DNA from: Oscillospiraceae bacterium
Lineage (GTDB): Bacteria; Bacillota; Clostridia; Oscillospirales; Acutalibacteraceae
DNA length: 64,000 bases
Direction of reading: 5' to 3'
NCBI GenBank assembly: GCA_015065615.1
Contig: SVPY01000002.1
Span: 62,973-126,972, forward strand
A program made the position numbers and the translations under genes. Position 1 is the stretch's first letter. Every line of letters starts with the position of its first letter. Below the pieces are notes generated by a model, which worked only from the letters and a program-made list of their open reading frames with translations, had not been told where the DNA came from and made no database searches. Positions 18,576-25,780 of the stretch are shown in pieces.

Positions 18576-19193
18576 TTATTCTTCATCTGCTGCGGTTTTT
18601 TCGCCTTCGAGCTTCTTTTTATTTGTTTCAAGTAAGCAAAGGGCGGGAGCTGCGATAGCAATCACTCTGTAAAGGTTATTAAAGCCCCAGTTAATAATAC
18701 TAAAGAAGAAGTTGTCGTCTACTTCATAAACAAGGAAAGCAGAGAACATATTAAGGCAAGGTCCGATAATAGCCATATAAGCAAGAAGACCTGCAAAGAT
18801 AATTGCAAAGTTTTTGTTATCATTCTGGAAAGCATCAAGAGCAAAAGCTGCAAGGTAAGAATAGAAAACTACGTTTAAAATAAGTGTAACTATAAAATGA
18901 GGGGAAGGAATCCATAAAAGAACGAACTGTGCTAAAAGTGTGCCGCAAAGAATGATATCGTTTATCTTTCTGCCTTCGTTATACATTAAGAAAGCGCCTG
19001 CTGCAGCAGCTACGATACCTGCAACGCTGAGCCAGAATGTGCACATTAAAACAAACTGGAAAAAGCCTAAATTCTGCCAACCGAATAAGCAGATGCCGAA
19101 TTCTGCCAAAGCGTTAAGAGCCATAGTGCCGAAACCTGCAAGTGTAAGAATTTTTCCGTTTGAGTGAGTTAAATAACTATTTTCAATAAGCAT
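18576..19193 (-). CDS. Paralogous polytopic membrane protein, copy 1 of 5 (most divergent, charged C-terminal tail)
   Basis: 205 aa. AAGGAG RBS. Motifs LMYNEGRKINDIIL and FQNDNKNFAII. Tail NKKKLEGEKTAADEE. Confidence 0.6.
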   Translation of the reverse strand: MLIENSYLTHSNGKILTLAGFGTMALNALAEFGICLFGWQNLGFFQFVLMCTFWLSVAGIVAAAAGAFLMYNEGRKINDIILCGTLLAQFVLLWIPSPHFIVTLILNVVFYSYLAAFALDAFQNDNKNFAIIFAGLLAYMAIIGPCLNMFSAFLVYEVDDNFFFSIINWGFNNLYRVIAIAAPALCLLETNKKKLEGEKTAADEE

Positions 19194-19231
19194 AATTTTT
19201 TCTCCTTAAATAATATAATTTAATTTAGATT

Positions 19232-21913
19232 TTATTTTTTTAATGAATTCTCTATCTGAGAATCGGTTAACTGAATTTTTGTGCCGTATTTTATACGTCT
19301 AAAAAGCTGAACCTTAACGCAGGATCTAAGCTCGGGGGTAAAGGGTTCGTCGTTAAGCTCGTTTTTAATAAGCATACTGATTTTTTCAAGAACCTTCTTT
19401 ACAGGCTCCGCGGTTTTATCCTCGGCTTTAAAGTTCTTTATAAAAATTCTTCGGGCAATTTCTTTTGCTAAGTTACGCCTGAAATAATCGCAGGTTTTAC
19501 TGCAGCAGGGAACCAATTCGCACTGAGGATAAGGTCTCAGTTTTTCCGCCCTGCTGTTCCAGTATTTCGAAAGGCTCTTGATGCCTTCATCGGAAAGACT
19601 GATGCTTATGTTATTTTCAAGGCGGTAATCGGGTGTAACCACTTCTTCGGGTTCCTCAAGTTTATTGAAGAACAGGAAAGCTTCACCCGGCTTTAAGCGT
19701 GAAAGCCTTTGCTTCTGATTTTCCGACATATTCGTTGAATCGGCAATAATTGTTTTATCCTGAGCTTCAACTATGCGGAAGGTCATTTTCATATCCGTTA
19801 AAGCCACTACGTCGGTAGTAACTTTTCTTGGGGACTGATCCGCAATAATTAGACCGACACCCAGAGAACGTATCTCTGCCAGCATTCTCTTTACAAGCTC
19901 CTGAGCTATGGCTGCGGGATTTGCTTCATTTTGTGAGGATGAATTTCTGTCAAGAAGCACGTGGGCTTCTTCAAGAAGAATAACGTTCTTAAGCCCTCCC
20001 TCACCTACGTAGTTGCTGTTTACGTAAGCAAGAATTGAAAGAAGGATAAGAGCAATCAAAAGCGCTTTCTGGTCGCCGTTTTCTATGGCGGCAAGCTCTA
20101 TTACCGTAGGCTTCTTTAAAATATCCTCAATGGGAATGCTGAAATAGTTATCGAAAAGATTAACCAAGCTGTTAAGTCTTACCACGCCTGCGCGGCCGAT
20201 ATTCTTTGCGTCGCCTGTATAGCCGATTTCCTCAAAGGTCTGCTGGAAGCACTTGATGAAGTCGGAAATATTAAATATCTTACCTTTATCGTCCACAGTG
20301 TAGGTATCAAGCCATCTGTGGTCGGAGTAGCAATTGTTTATGGTCTCCTCAAATATCTTATCAAGAGGAGTGCTCATGGATACGCCTGCGGCAAAAGCAG
20401 TTTTTAAAGTGGATTTGTAGGTCTCAAGCCTTACGTTCTTAGGCGGAACGAAGGGATTGAACACAAAGGGTGAGATAAAATTCTTACCCGGTGTAAATAC
20501 CTGTAGGTCGGGAATACTCTGCACCATTGCTCTGTATTCATTCTTTGCAGGCTCAATTACAAGGAAGGGGATCTTGTGGTCCTTCCAGAGTCTGTCAAGA
20601 AGACTTACCGAGAAGGTTGTTTTACCTGAGCCGGGAGTACCCACTATAAGCATATGCTTTGCAAGGTCCTTAACGGAGAAGCCTATCGTGTCCCCTTTCG
20701 AGGAGGATTTAAGCTTACCTACAGTTATATCTCCTGCATTTATCAGGTTATCGTTATATGAGCGGCTCTGCTTTGTAGCTTCGTTTACCTTAAAGCCTGC
20801 ATATACGTTACTGCTGCCTAAAGGCAGACGGAACACTTCACTTGCTTCGGCGGCGGTAATTATACGGGGTAATCTGTAAAGAGCGGCTGAAAACTGACCG
20901 CTGTACCATATATTCTGATTTCTGCCCTTATTGAGCATCAGCTCGTTTACTGCCCACGGCAGGGGGAAGAAATTAGTATTCTTATTTACCTCTGTTTTTG
21001 AAAGCGGTACCAGCTTCAGATTTGCATTCTGCCCTACGCCTGTGGCAATCTGACCGAATACCCTTGTGGATATTCCCGCCGCAGCCATATTATCACCGTA
21101 AACAAGCACGTTGTAGCTGAATAAAGGAGCGTTCTTGTTATCGGAATAATACTTATAAAGCTCTGAGTGTTTACCTGCAAGGGCAAAGCTTAAGTTGCCC
21201 ACGCTCATATCGTTAACGCCGCGGCTTAAGGTTTCAAGTACCTGTACGTTTCGGTCAATGGCTGCCATTTCCTCGCTTGTAAAGTAAGTTGGCATAAGCT
21301 GTATAGATAAAGCCGCGTTGGGGTATTCTATAAGCGCATTTATAATTTTGCTTATGTCGCTGCTTCCTACGGGGAATCTATCGAAGGAATAGCAGTAAGG
21401 CATAAGCTGATTTTCAAGATTTTCTGCCTTTTCATCTTTTATAAGAGCTCTTATATCAGCATCGTTAACAGAACTTACGGCTGCCGCTATTTCCTTATAA
21501 TCCACACTTTGGAACTCGTATTTTTCCTGCCTGAGTGTAGCTTTGCAGATATTTGCCGCCGCATTTACTAAAGCGTTGGCACTTTCTTTTGTGAAATCGA
21601 TAGCTCTTGTAATTATGTAAAGATTGATTTTTGCCTTATAAGGCTGATTTTTTACGGCTTCGGTTGCAAAAAGCAGCTCCACCGAAATATCCTTATAGGC
21701 ACTTCCGCTTAAAACTCCCGTTCGGTAAAGCTGATAAAGCTCGCCAAGCATTATGTTTATGTCGCTTTTGAAGCTTTCGAGAGTTCTTTCGGGAGTTGTA
21801 TCATCAGGATTTACTATTTTAAAATGCGGTATTGACGTAATTTTCAAAGCGGAAAGAGATACTACCTCTTTGCCTCCCGATAAATTTACGTAACTGATTT
21901 TATTTTCCTGCAT
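19232..21913 (-). CDS. HerA/FtsK-superfamily P-loop ATPase with a ~420-aa unassigned N-terminal region and a C-terminal Cys cluster
   Basis: 893 aa. Walker A KHMLIVGTPGSGKTT (plus 20615-20641). Walker B type ILLEEAHVLL (plus ~19951-19983). HerA-like RSLGVGLIIADQSPRKV. C-terminal C-x5-CC-x3-C. Confidence 0.7.
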   Translation of the reverse strand: MQENKISYVNLSGGKEVVSLSALKITSIPHFKIVNPDDTTPERTLESFKSDINIMLGELYQLYRTGVLSGSAYKDISVELLFATEAVKNQPYKAKINLYIITRAIDFTKESANALVNAAANICKATLRQEKYEFQSVDYKEIAAAVSSVNDADIRALIKDEKAENLENQLMPYCYSFDRFPVGSSDISKIINALIEYPNAALSIQLMPTYFTSEEMAAIDRNVQVLETLSRGVNDMSVGNLSFALAGKHSELYKYYSDNKNAPLFSYNVLVYGDNMAAAGISTRVFGQIATGVGQNANLKLVPLSKTEVNKNTNFFPLPWAVNELMLNKGRNQNIWYSGQFSAALYRLPRIITAAEASEVFRLPLGSSNVYAGFKVNEATKQSRSYNDNLINAGDITVGKLKSSSKGDTIGFSVKDLAKHMLIVGTPGSGKTTFSVSLLDRLWKDHKIPFLVIEPAKNEYRAMVQSIPDLQVFTPGKNFISPFVFNPFVPPKNVRLETYKSTLKTAFAAGVSMSTPLDKIFEETINNCYSDHRWLDTYTVDDKGKIFNISDFIKCFQQTFEEIGYTGDAKNIGRAGVVRLNSLVNLFDNYFSIPIEDILKKPTVIELAAIENGDQKALLIALILLSILAYVNSNYVGEGGLKNVILLEEAHVLLDRNSSSQNEANPAAIAQELVKRMLAEIRSLGVGLIIADQSPRKVTTDVVALTDMKMTFRIVEAQDKTIIADSTNMSENQKQRLSRLKPGEAFLFFNKLEEPEEVVTPDYRLENNISISLSDEGIKSLSKYWNSRAEKLRPYPQCELVPCCSKTCDYFRRNLAKEIARRIFIKNFKAEDKTAEPVKKVLEKISMLIKNELNDEPFTPELRSCVKVQLFRRIKYGTKIQLTDSQIENSLKK

Positions 21914-21965
21914 AACAAATTTTCACCTGCCTGATACTGCAAAAGCAGTAAGTTTAATAAACTTT

Positions 21966-22523
21966 TTACGGATAGTCAATTCCGCCGTTGGGTGCATGGC
22001 ACCTTATAACTCTTCTTATACCTTTAAAGGTACCTTTTAAAAAACCGTATTTATTTACGGACCTTATCATATATTCGCTGCAGCTTGGTTCAAATCGGCA
22101 CCTCAGCCTTGTATCGTCGCTGGCTTTTGACTGATACAGATGTACAAGCCATATTACGGCTTTTTTACCGATAATCAAAATATAAACGAGAGAAAAAGCT
22201 ATGCTTAAATATGCCGTATAGGGTCTTAAATATAGGTTGCTTAAAACTACAGCGGCGCTTAAACCTGCAATGAACAAAACAAGCGCCAATATAAAATTTT
22301 TGTAACTCACTTTCGGTCTTCTTAAAGGATTATAGGGCCTTACAAAGCCTGTGGAATAAACCACGGGAGCGCCCATAACCCTCACTCTGTCCGAATCGTC
22401 ATCTTTTTCTTCGCTTTTATTAAGCAGACTCTCGTCCACTTCCCAAAGCTTTTTTTCTTCTTCACTTAATTCGGAAAACTTCTTTTTAGGTTCTTCCTCA
22501 TTTATCTTTTTTTCAATTTCCAT
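21966..22523 (-). CDS. Membrane-anchored YidD-domain (membrane protein insertion efficiency factor) fusion protein
   Basis: 185 aa. E/K-rich N-terminus and two hydrophobic segments. The C-terminal ~60 aa carry the YidD/DUF37 signature CRFEPSCSEY...RCHPxxxGGxD (CRFEPSCSEYMIRSV...IRCHAPNGGIDYP). Confidence 0.7.
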   Translation of the reverse strand: MEIEKKINEEEPKKKFSELSEEEKKLWEVDESLLNKSEEKDDDSDRVRVMGAPVVYSTGFVRPYNPLRRPKVSYKNFILALVLFIAGLSAAVVLSNLYLRPYTAYLSIAFSLVYILIIGKKAVIWLVHLYQSKASDDTRLRCRFEPSCSEYMIRSVNKYGFLKGTFKGIRRVIRCHAPNGGIDYP

Positions 22524-22561
22524 TATTTCTCCGTTTATCTTAACGGTACCTTAAGTTATGT

Positions 22562-22597
22562 AAAAAGGCGAGACAATTAAGAAACTGCCTCGCCTCG
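22562..22597 (-). terminator. Probable intrinsic terminator after the 230-aa orphan gene
   Basis: Minus strand reads AGGCGAG-16 nt-CUCGCCU followed by UUUUUA. The stem is short and the loop large, so confidence is moderate. Confidence 0.4.
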
Positions 22598-22629
22598 GCT
22601 TACATAAGACCGAATCTTAGTTTATTTAA

Positions 22630-23322
22630 TCAGATGGAGTACTTCTTCTCTCTGATCATTGCCTTAGCAGCCTGAATGCTTCTCTCTACGCCGCCGTTGT
22701 TTCTGAGGGAGAAGGAGTAGGAAGCACCGGGAACGATGATCTCAAGAGCGTCAACTGTGTAGTTGTTCTTTGTAGCGTCGCTGCCGAAGGGATTGCAGCC
22801 GCAGCCCTTACCGAAGTCGATCTTCTCAACGAGCTTGTGCTCTGTGCTGAAGTTTGTGATGTCTGTGTAGAAGAAATCGTTTGTCTCTTCAATAACGTCG
22901 TCACTGATCATGGAGAATGTAAGTGTGTATGTATACATCTGTGTAGCGCTGAAGAAAATCCATGTTACGCTGTAGTGTGTAGAAACTACGTCGCCGTCGT
23001 CAACCTTAACGTCAACACCTTCACCTACATACTTGAAGGAAGAGAACACGATGGGAGGGATCTCTTCGATCTGGCTCTGGTCGAGACCGATCATATCCAT
23101 AGCTCTCTGCTTGTGGTTGAAGCTGTCGCATCTTGCCTGTACCATATTGATATACTCGTCAAACTTAATGGGAGAACCCTTAATGAGACCGCAGCACTCA
23201 TCCTCTTTATAGAAGAAATCGATAATCTTCTTCTGTTCCTTGCTTTTACCCTTCTTCATAAGTGTAATAGCAGCTTTTTTAGCAGCTTTGTTCATTGCTG
23301 CACCAAATAATTCACCAGCCAT
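22630..23322 (-). CDS. Hypothetical 230-aa soluble protein with expression-type codon bias
   Basis: Strong GGAGG RBS. Codon choice is heavily skewed (AAG, ATC, TTC, GAC, ACA, AGA). Appears to have its own terminator. No motif recognised. Confidence 0.6.
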   Translation of the reverse strand: MAGELFGAAMNKAAKKAAITLMKKGKSKEQKKIIDFFYKEDECCGLIKGSPIKFDEYINMVQARCDSFNHKQRAMDMIGLDQSQIEEIPPIVFSSFKYVGEGVDVKVDDGDVVSTHYSVTWIFFSATQMYTYTLTFSMISDDVIEETNDFFYTDITNFSTEHKLVEKIDFGKGCGCNPFGSDATKNNYTVDALEIIVPGASYSFSLRNNGGVERSIQAAKAMIREKKYSI

Positions 23323-23420
23323 TTTTAATTTTCCTCCTCAGGAATTTTTATTTTAATATTTTAAATAATATCGCTATTATTTTGGCCAAAATTTAATTTA
23401 TTCTGTATTTTTATGATTTA

Positions 23421-24011
23421 TTACAGCATAGGCTTCGGTAAACCGCAGGCTGTAAATACCATATCGATATCTATATCCGATACACCTAAAGCTTTAGCTT
23501 CAGCTAATTCCTGCTGGAAATTGGGTGTAACGTTCAAATACTTTCTTGCGAAATAATCCTGCTTAATATATGCAAGCATATAATAGTAAATACCACGAGG
23601 CTCTATCATATTTGCCGCATTGAGATTTTCCACAATTTTATTGATTGCAGGTCTTAAAAGAAGGAAGGGCTTCTTGCCGCCGAGCATTGAAATAGCCGCA
23701 TAGAAATATGCTTCGGAATTATCAAAATTATCCTCAATAGCCTTTTCAAAAGCTTTTGCAGCCTCTTCATACTTCTTTAATTTGAGGTAAACCATACCGA
23801 TGGAGAAGTTAAGTGTGGGGTCATCGGGATTTTCCCTTAAATTATTCTGATAACCTCTGGTAAGCTGCTGAAGCTTGGGACCGGGGAGATCAATAACACT
23901 GTTGAAAGTAGAGATTGCAACAGGGGAACCGCAATATTCACAAACCTTCATACCTGTTGTAACAGGAGCGTTGCAACCGGGGCAACGAATATCAATAACA
24001 TGAGCTGCCAT
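23421..24011 (-). CDS. Zinc-ribbon plus TPR-repeat protein
   Basis: 196 aa. N-terminal CPGC-x13-CEYC ribbon, then TPR-like helices (IGMVYLKLKKYEEAAKAFEKAIE). Confidence 0.6.
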   Translation of the reverse strand: MAAHVIDIRCPGCNAPVTTGMKVCEYCGSPVAISTFNSVIDLPGPKLQQLTRGYQNNLRENPDDPTLNFSIGMVYLKLKKYEEAAKAFEKAIEDNFDNSEAYFYAAISMLGGKKPFLLLRPAINKIVENLNAANMIEPRGIYYYMLAYIKQDYFARKYLNVTPNFQQELAEAKALGVSDIDIDMVFTACGLPKPML

Positions 24012-24285
24012 AATACCACCCTTTTAATTTTAAAGGAAATATCCCTGAATTTAAAACCCTCAAATTTAACCGCATTTAATTTATATACCAAGTGTACATG
24101 AAACTTTTCACTACACTAAATATAGAAATATTATATTACTCTAAAGTGCAAAAGTCAACACAAAATCCGCTAAATTCTTAACATTTTCGACATATTTTTT
24201 TAATAATATTGATATTCTCTTAGTCTTATTAAATATATATACTGCTAAGCTTAATTACTATGCATTTATATTTCTTTTACTTAAA

Positions 24286-24318
24286 ATAAAAAAACTCGCC
24301 CGAAAAAAATCAGGCGAG
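24286..24318 (-). terminator. Intrinsic terminator after the ATP-grasp gene
   Basis: Minus strand reads CUCGCCUGauuuuuuuCGGGCGAG followed by a U7 run. Confidence 0.7.
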
Positions 24319-24337
24319 CAAATTATTAAATTAAATA

Positions 24338-25396
24338 TTATTTTTTAGAAAAATCGAACTTAGGCATCATACCTATTTTATCGGGTGTATGTAAAGGTAA
24401 CTGATAAATATCGTGACCGGGGAACTCGTTACCTTCAACGAACACGGGGCCATCGGGAGTAAATGCTACGTCCCATCCTGCATAACCCATTTCGGGAACA
24501 ACCTGACAAGCTTCTTCACAAAGAGCCAAAGCTTCCTGCCAGTAGGGGAATTTAAAGCCCTTAATAACCTCGTTTGTGAGAGGATGATTTGTATAAGCGT
24601 TCTTTTCCTTATCAATAGCAACCTGAGAAACAACACCTGTTTCAACGTCTACAGGAGCAGTCATACCGCCGCTATTAAAGTTATCTACAAACTTGCCGTT
24701 ACCTATTCTGAAGTAAGCGGCAATAACGTGGGGAACAAGCTTTAAATTTTTTCTCTCCTCTTTAGGTGTTTCAAGCACAGAATTACCGTTTTCGTCTGTA
24801 ACAACTGTAACAATTCTTACGGTATTAATGGAGTGAGGATGAATTTTATTTACATCTTCGTGCTGAACGATAACTTCCTCAAGCTCAAAATTATCTTCAG
24901 GGTTTATAACTCTTTCGTACACTTCATCAAGAGATTTATAATCGGAAGTCTTTATTTTCTCAATACCCTTGCCGCAGCCACCCTCAATAGGTTTTGCCAT
25001 AAACACGGGGTGCTTTTTCATAAAGTTAATTACGTCCTCTTTATCGGAACCAATTGCTTTAATCCAATCTCTTTTAAGGTACTTATTGAAATGAGTATTA
25101 AACTCATCTTTATTCATAAAGTAATGAAGCACACTTCTGTCGCAATATTTAACAACAATCTCGTTATTTCTGCCGCGTGTTAAATAAGTATCTCGCTGCT
25201 CAGGTGTGAGGTTATACATCTCGAATAAATCGTAATCCATATAACCTGCGCCGTAAAGTCTTGCGCACTTTTGCATATCCATAAAAATCTTGATTTTGGA
25301 CATTTTGGTTTTCTTGTGAACAGAATTAATTTTTTCGAACATGGCTTTATAATCCATGTGCATTAATCTTTTTAAAATGTATGTTATACGACCCAT
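24338..25396 (-). CDS. ATP-grasp fold protein (resembles the sugar-transfer-associated ATP-grasp family)
   Basis: Start set at ATG 25396 (MGRITYILK...) with an AAGGAG RBS; the upstream 30 codons lack an RBS. The C-terminal half has an ATP-grasp-like pattern (NFNSGGM...VEGNEFPG). The family call is from memory. Confidence 0.5.
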   Translation of the reverse strand: MGRITYILKRLMHMDYKAMFEKINSVHKKTKMSKIKIFMDMQKCARLYGAGYMDYDLFEMYNLTPEQRDTYLTRGRNNEIVVKYCDRSVLHYFMNKDEFNTHFNKYLKRDWIKAIGSDKEDVINFMKKHPVFMAKPIEGGCGKGIEKIKTSDYKSLDEVYERVINPEDNFELEEVIVQHEDVNKIHPHSINTVRIVTVVTDENGNSVLETPKEERKNLKLVPHVIAAYFRIGNGKFVDNFNSGGMTAPVDVETGVVSQVAIDKEKNAYTNHPLTNEVIKGFKFPYWQEALALCEEACQVVPEMGYAGWDVAFTPDGPVFVEGNEFPGHDIYQLPLHTPDKIGMMPKFDFSKK

Positions 25397-25551
25397 ATAC
25401 AAACTCCTTATTATATTATTAAATAAAAAAGGCAAGACCTGCGCCTCGCCCAATTTTAAGAGCATACTTTCAGAAGCGAAAACCACTCAATTTAAACTTA
25501 TTTAACTCGGTAAAATTAAAATAGCCAAGGAAAATGCCTTGCCTATTTTAA

Positions 25552-25636
25552 TGGTGCGGGTGACAGGACTTGAACCTGCACGGGGGTGCCACCAGAACCT
25601 AAATCTGGCGCGTCTGCCAATTCCGCCACACCCGCA
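25552..25636 (-). tRNA. tRNA-Leu (anticodon UAG)
   Basis: 85 nt. Acceptor stem UGCGGGU/ACCCGCA plus an encoded CCA. Leu-type D-arm GUGGCGGAAUUGGCAGACGCG. Anticodon stem-loop CCAGA-UUUAGGU-UCUGG. Long variable arm. T-arm GGUUCAAGUCC. Confidence 0.92.
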
Positions 25637-25780
25637 TATCATATTTATTATACTATAATATTGAAATTTTAGCAAGTAGATTTTTTATTTTCGTCCATCG
25701 ATGTAAATCCACAAAATCGGAGTTGTTTTCGCTATGAATTTTTGATAAAGTAATACCATCAAATAAAAAAGAGGCTACTT

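Noticed and set aside
21914-21965. Small hairpin TACTGC-tttt-GCAGTA between the YidD-fusion and ATPase genes as a terminator or attenuator
   Set aside because: The stem is only 6 bp and AT-containing with no U-tract. It is too weak to call a regulatory element.
12205-22523. Assigning the ATPase/membrane-paralogue operon to a known T4SS, conjugation or T7SS system
   Set aside because: There is no relaxase, VirB4/VirB6-size proteins, pilin, peptidoglycan hydrolase, WXG100, EssB/EsaA or FHA-EssC architecture. The single ATPase has a HerA-like Walker B (EEAH) rather than an EssC-like triple FtsK domain. I keep it as unassigned.
22686-23310. Long ORFs overlapping the 230-aa gene (157 aa on +, 72 aa on -)
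   Set aside because: They have no RBS and their composition is non-protein-like. Their length is explained by the strongly biased codon usage of the real gene, which removes stop codons from other frames.
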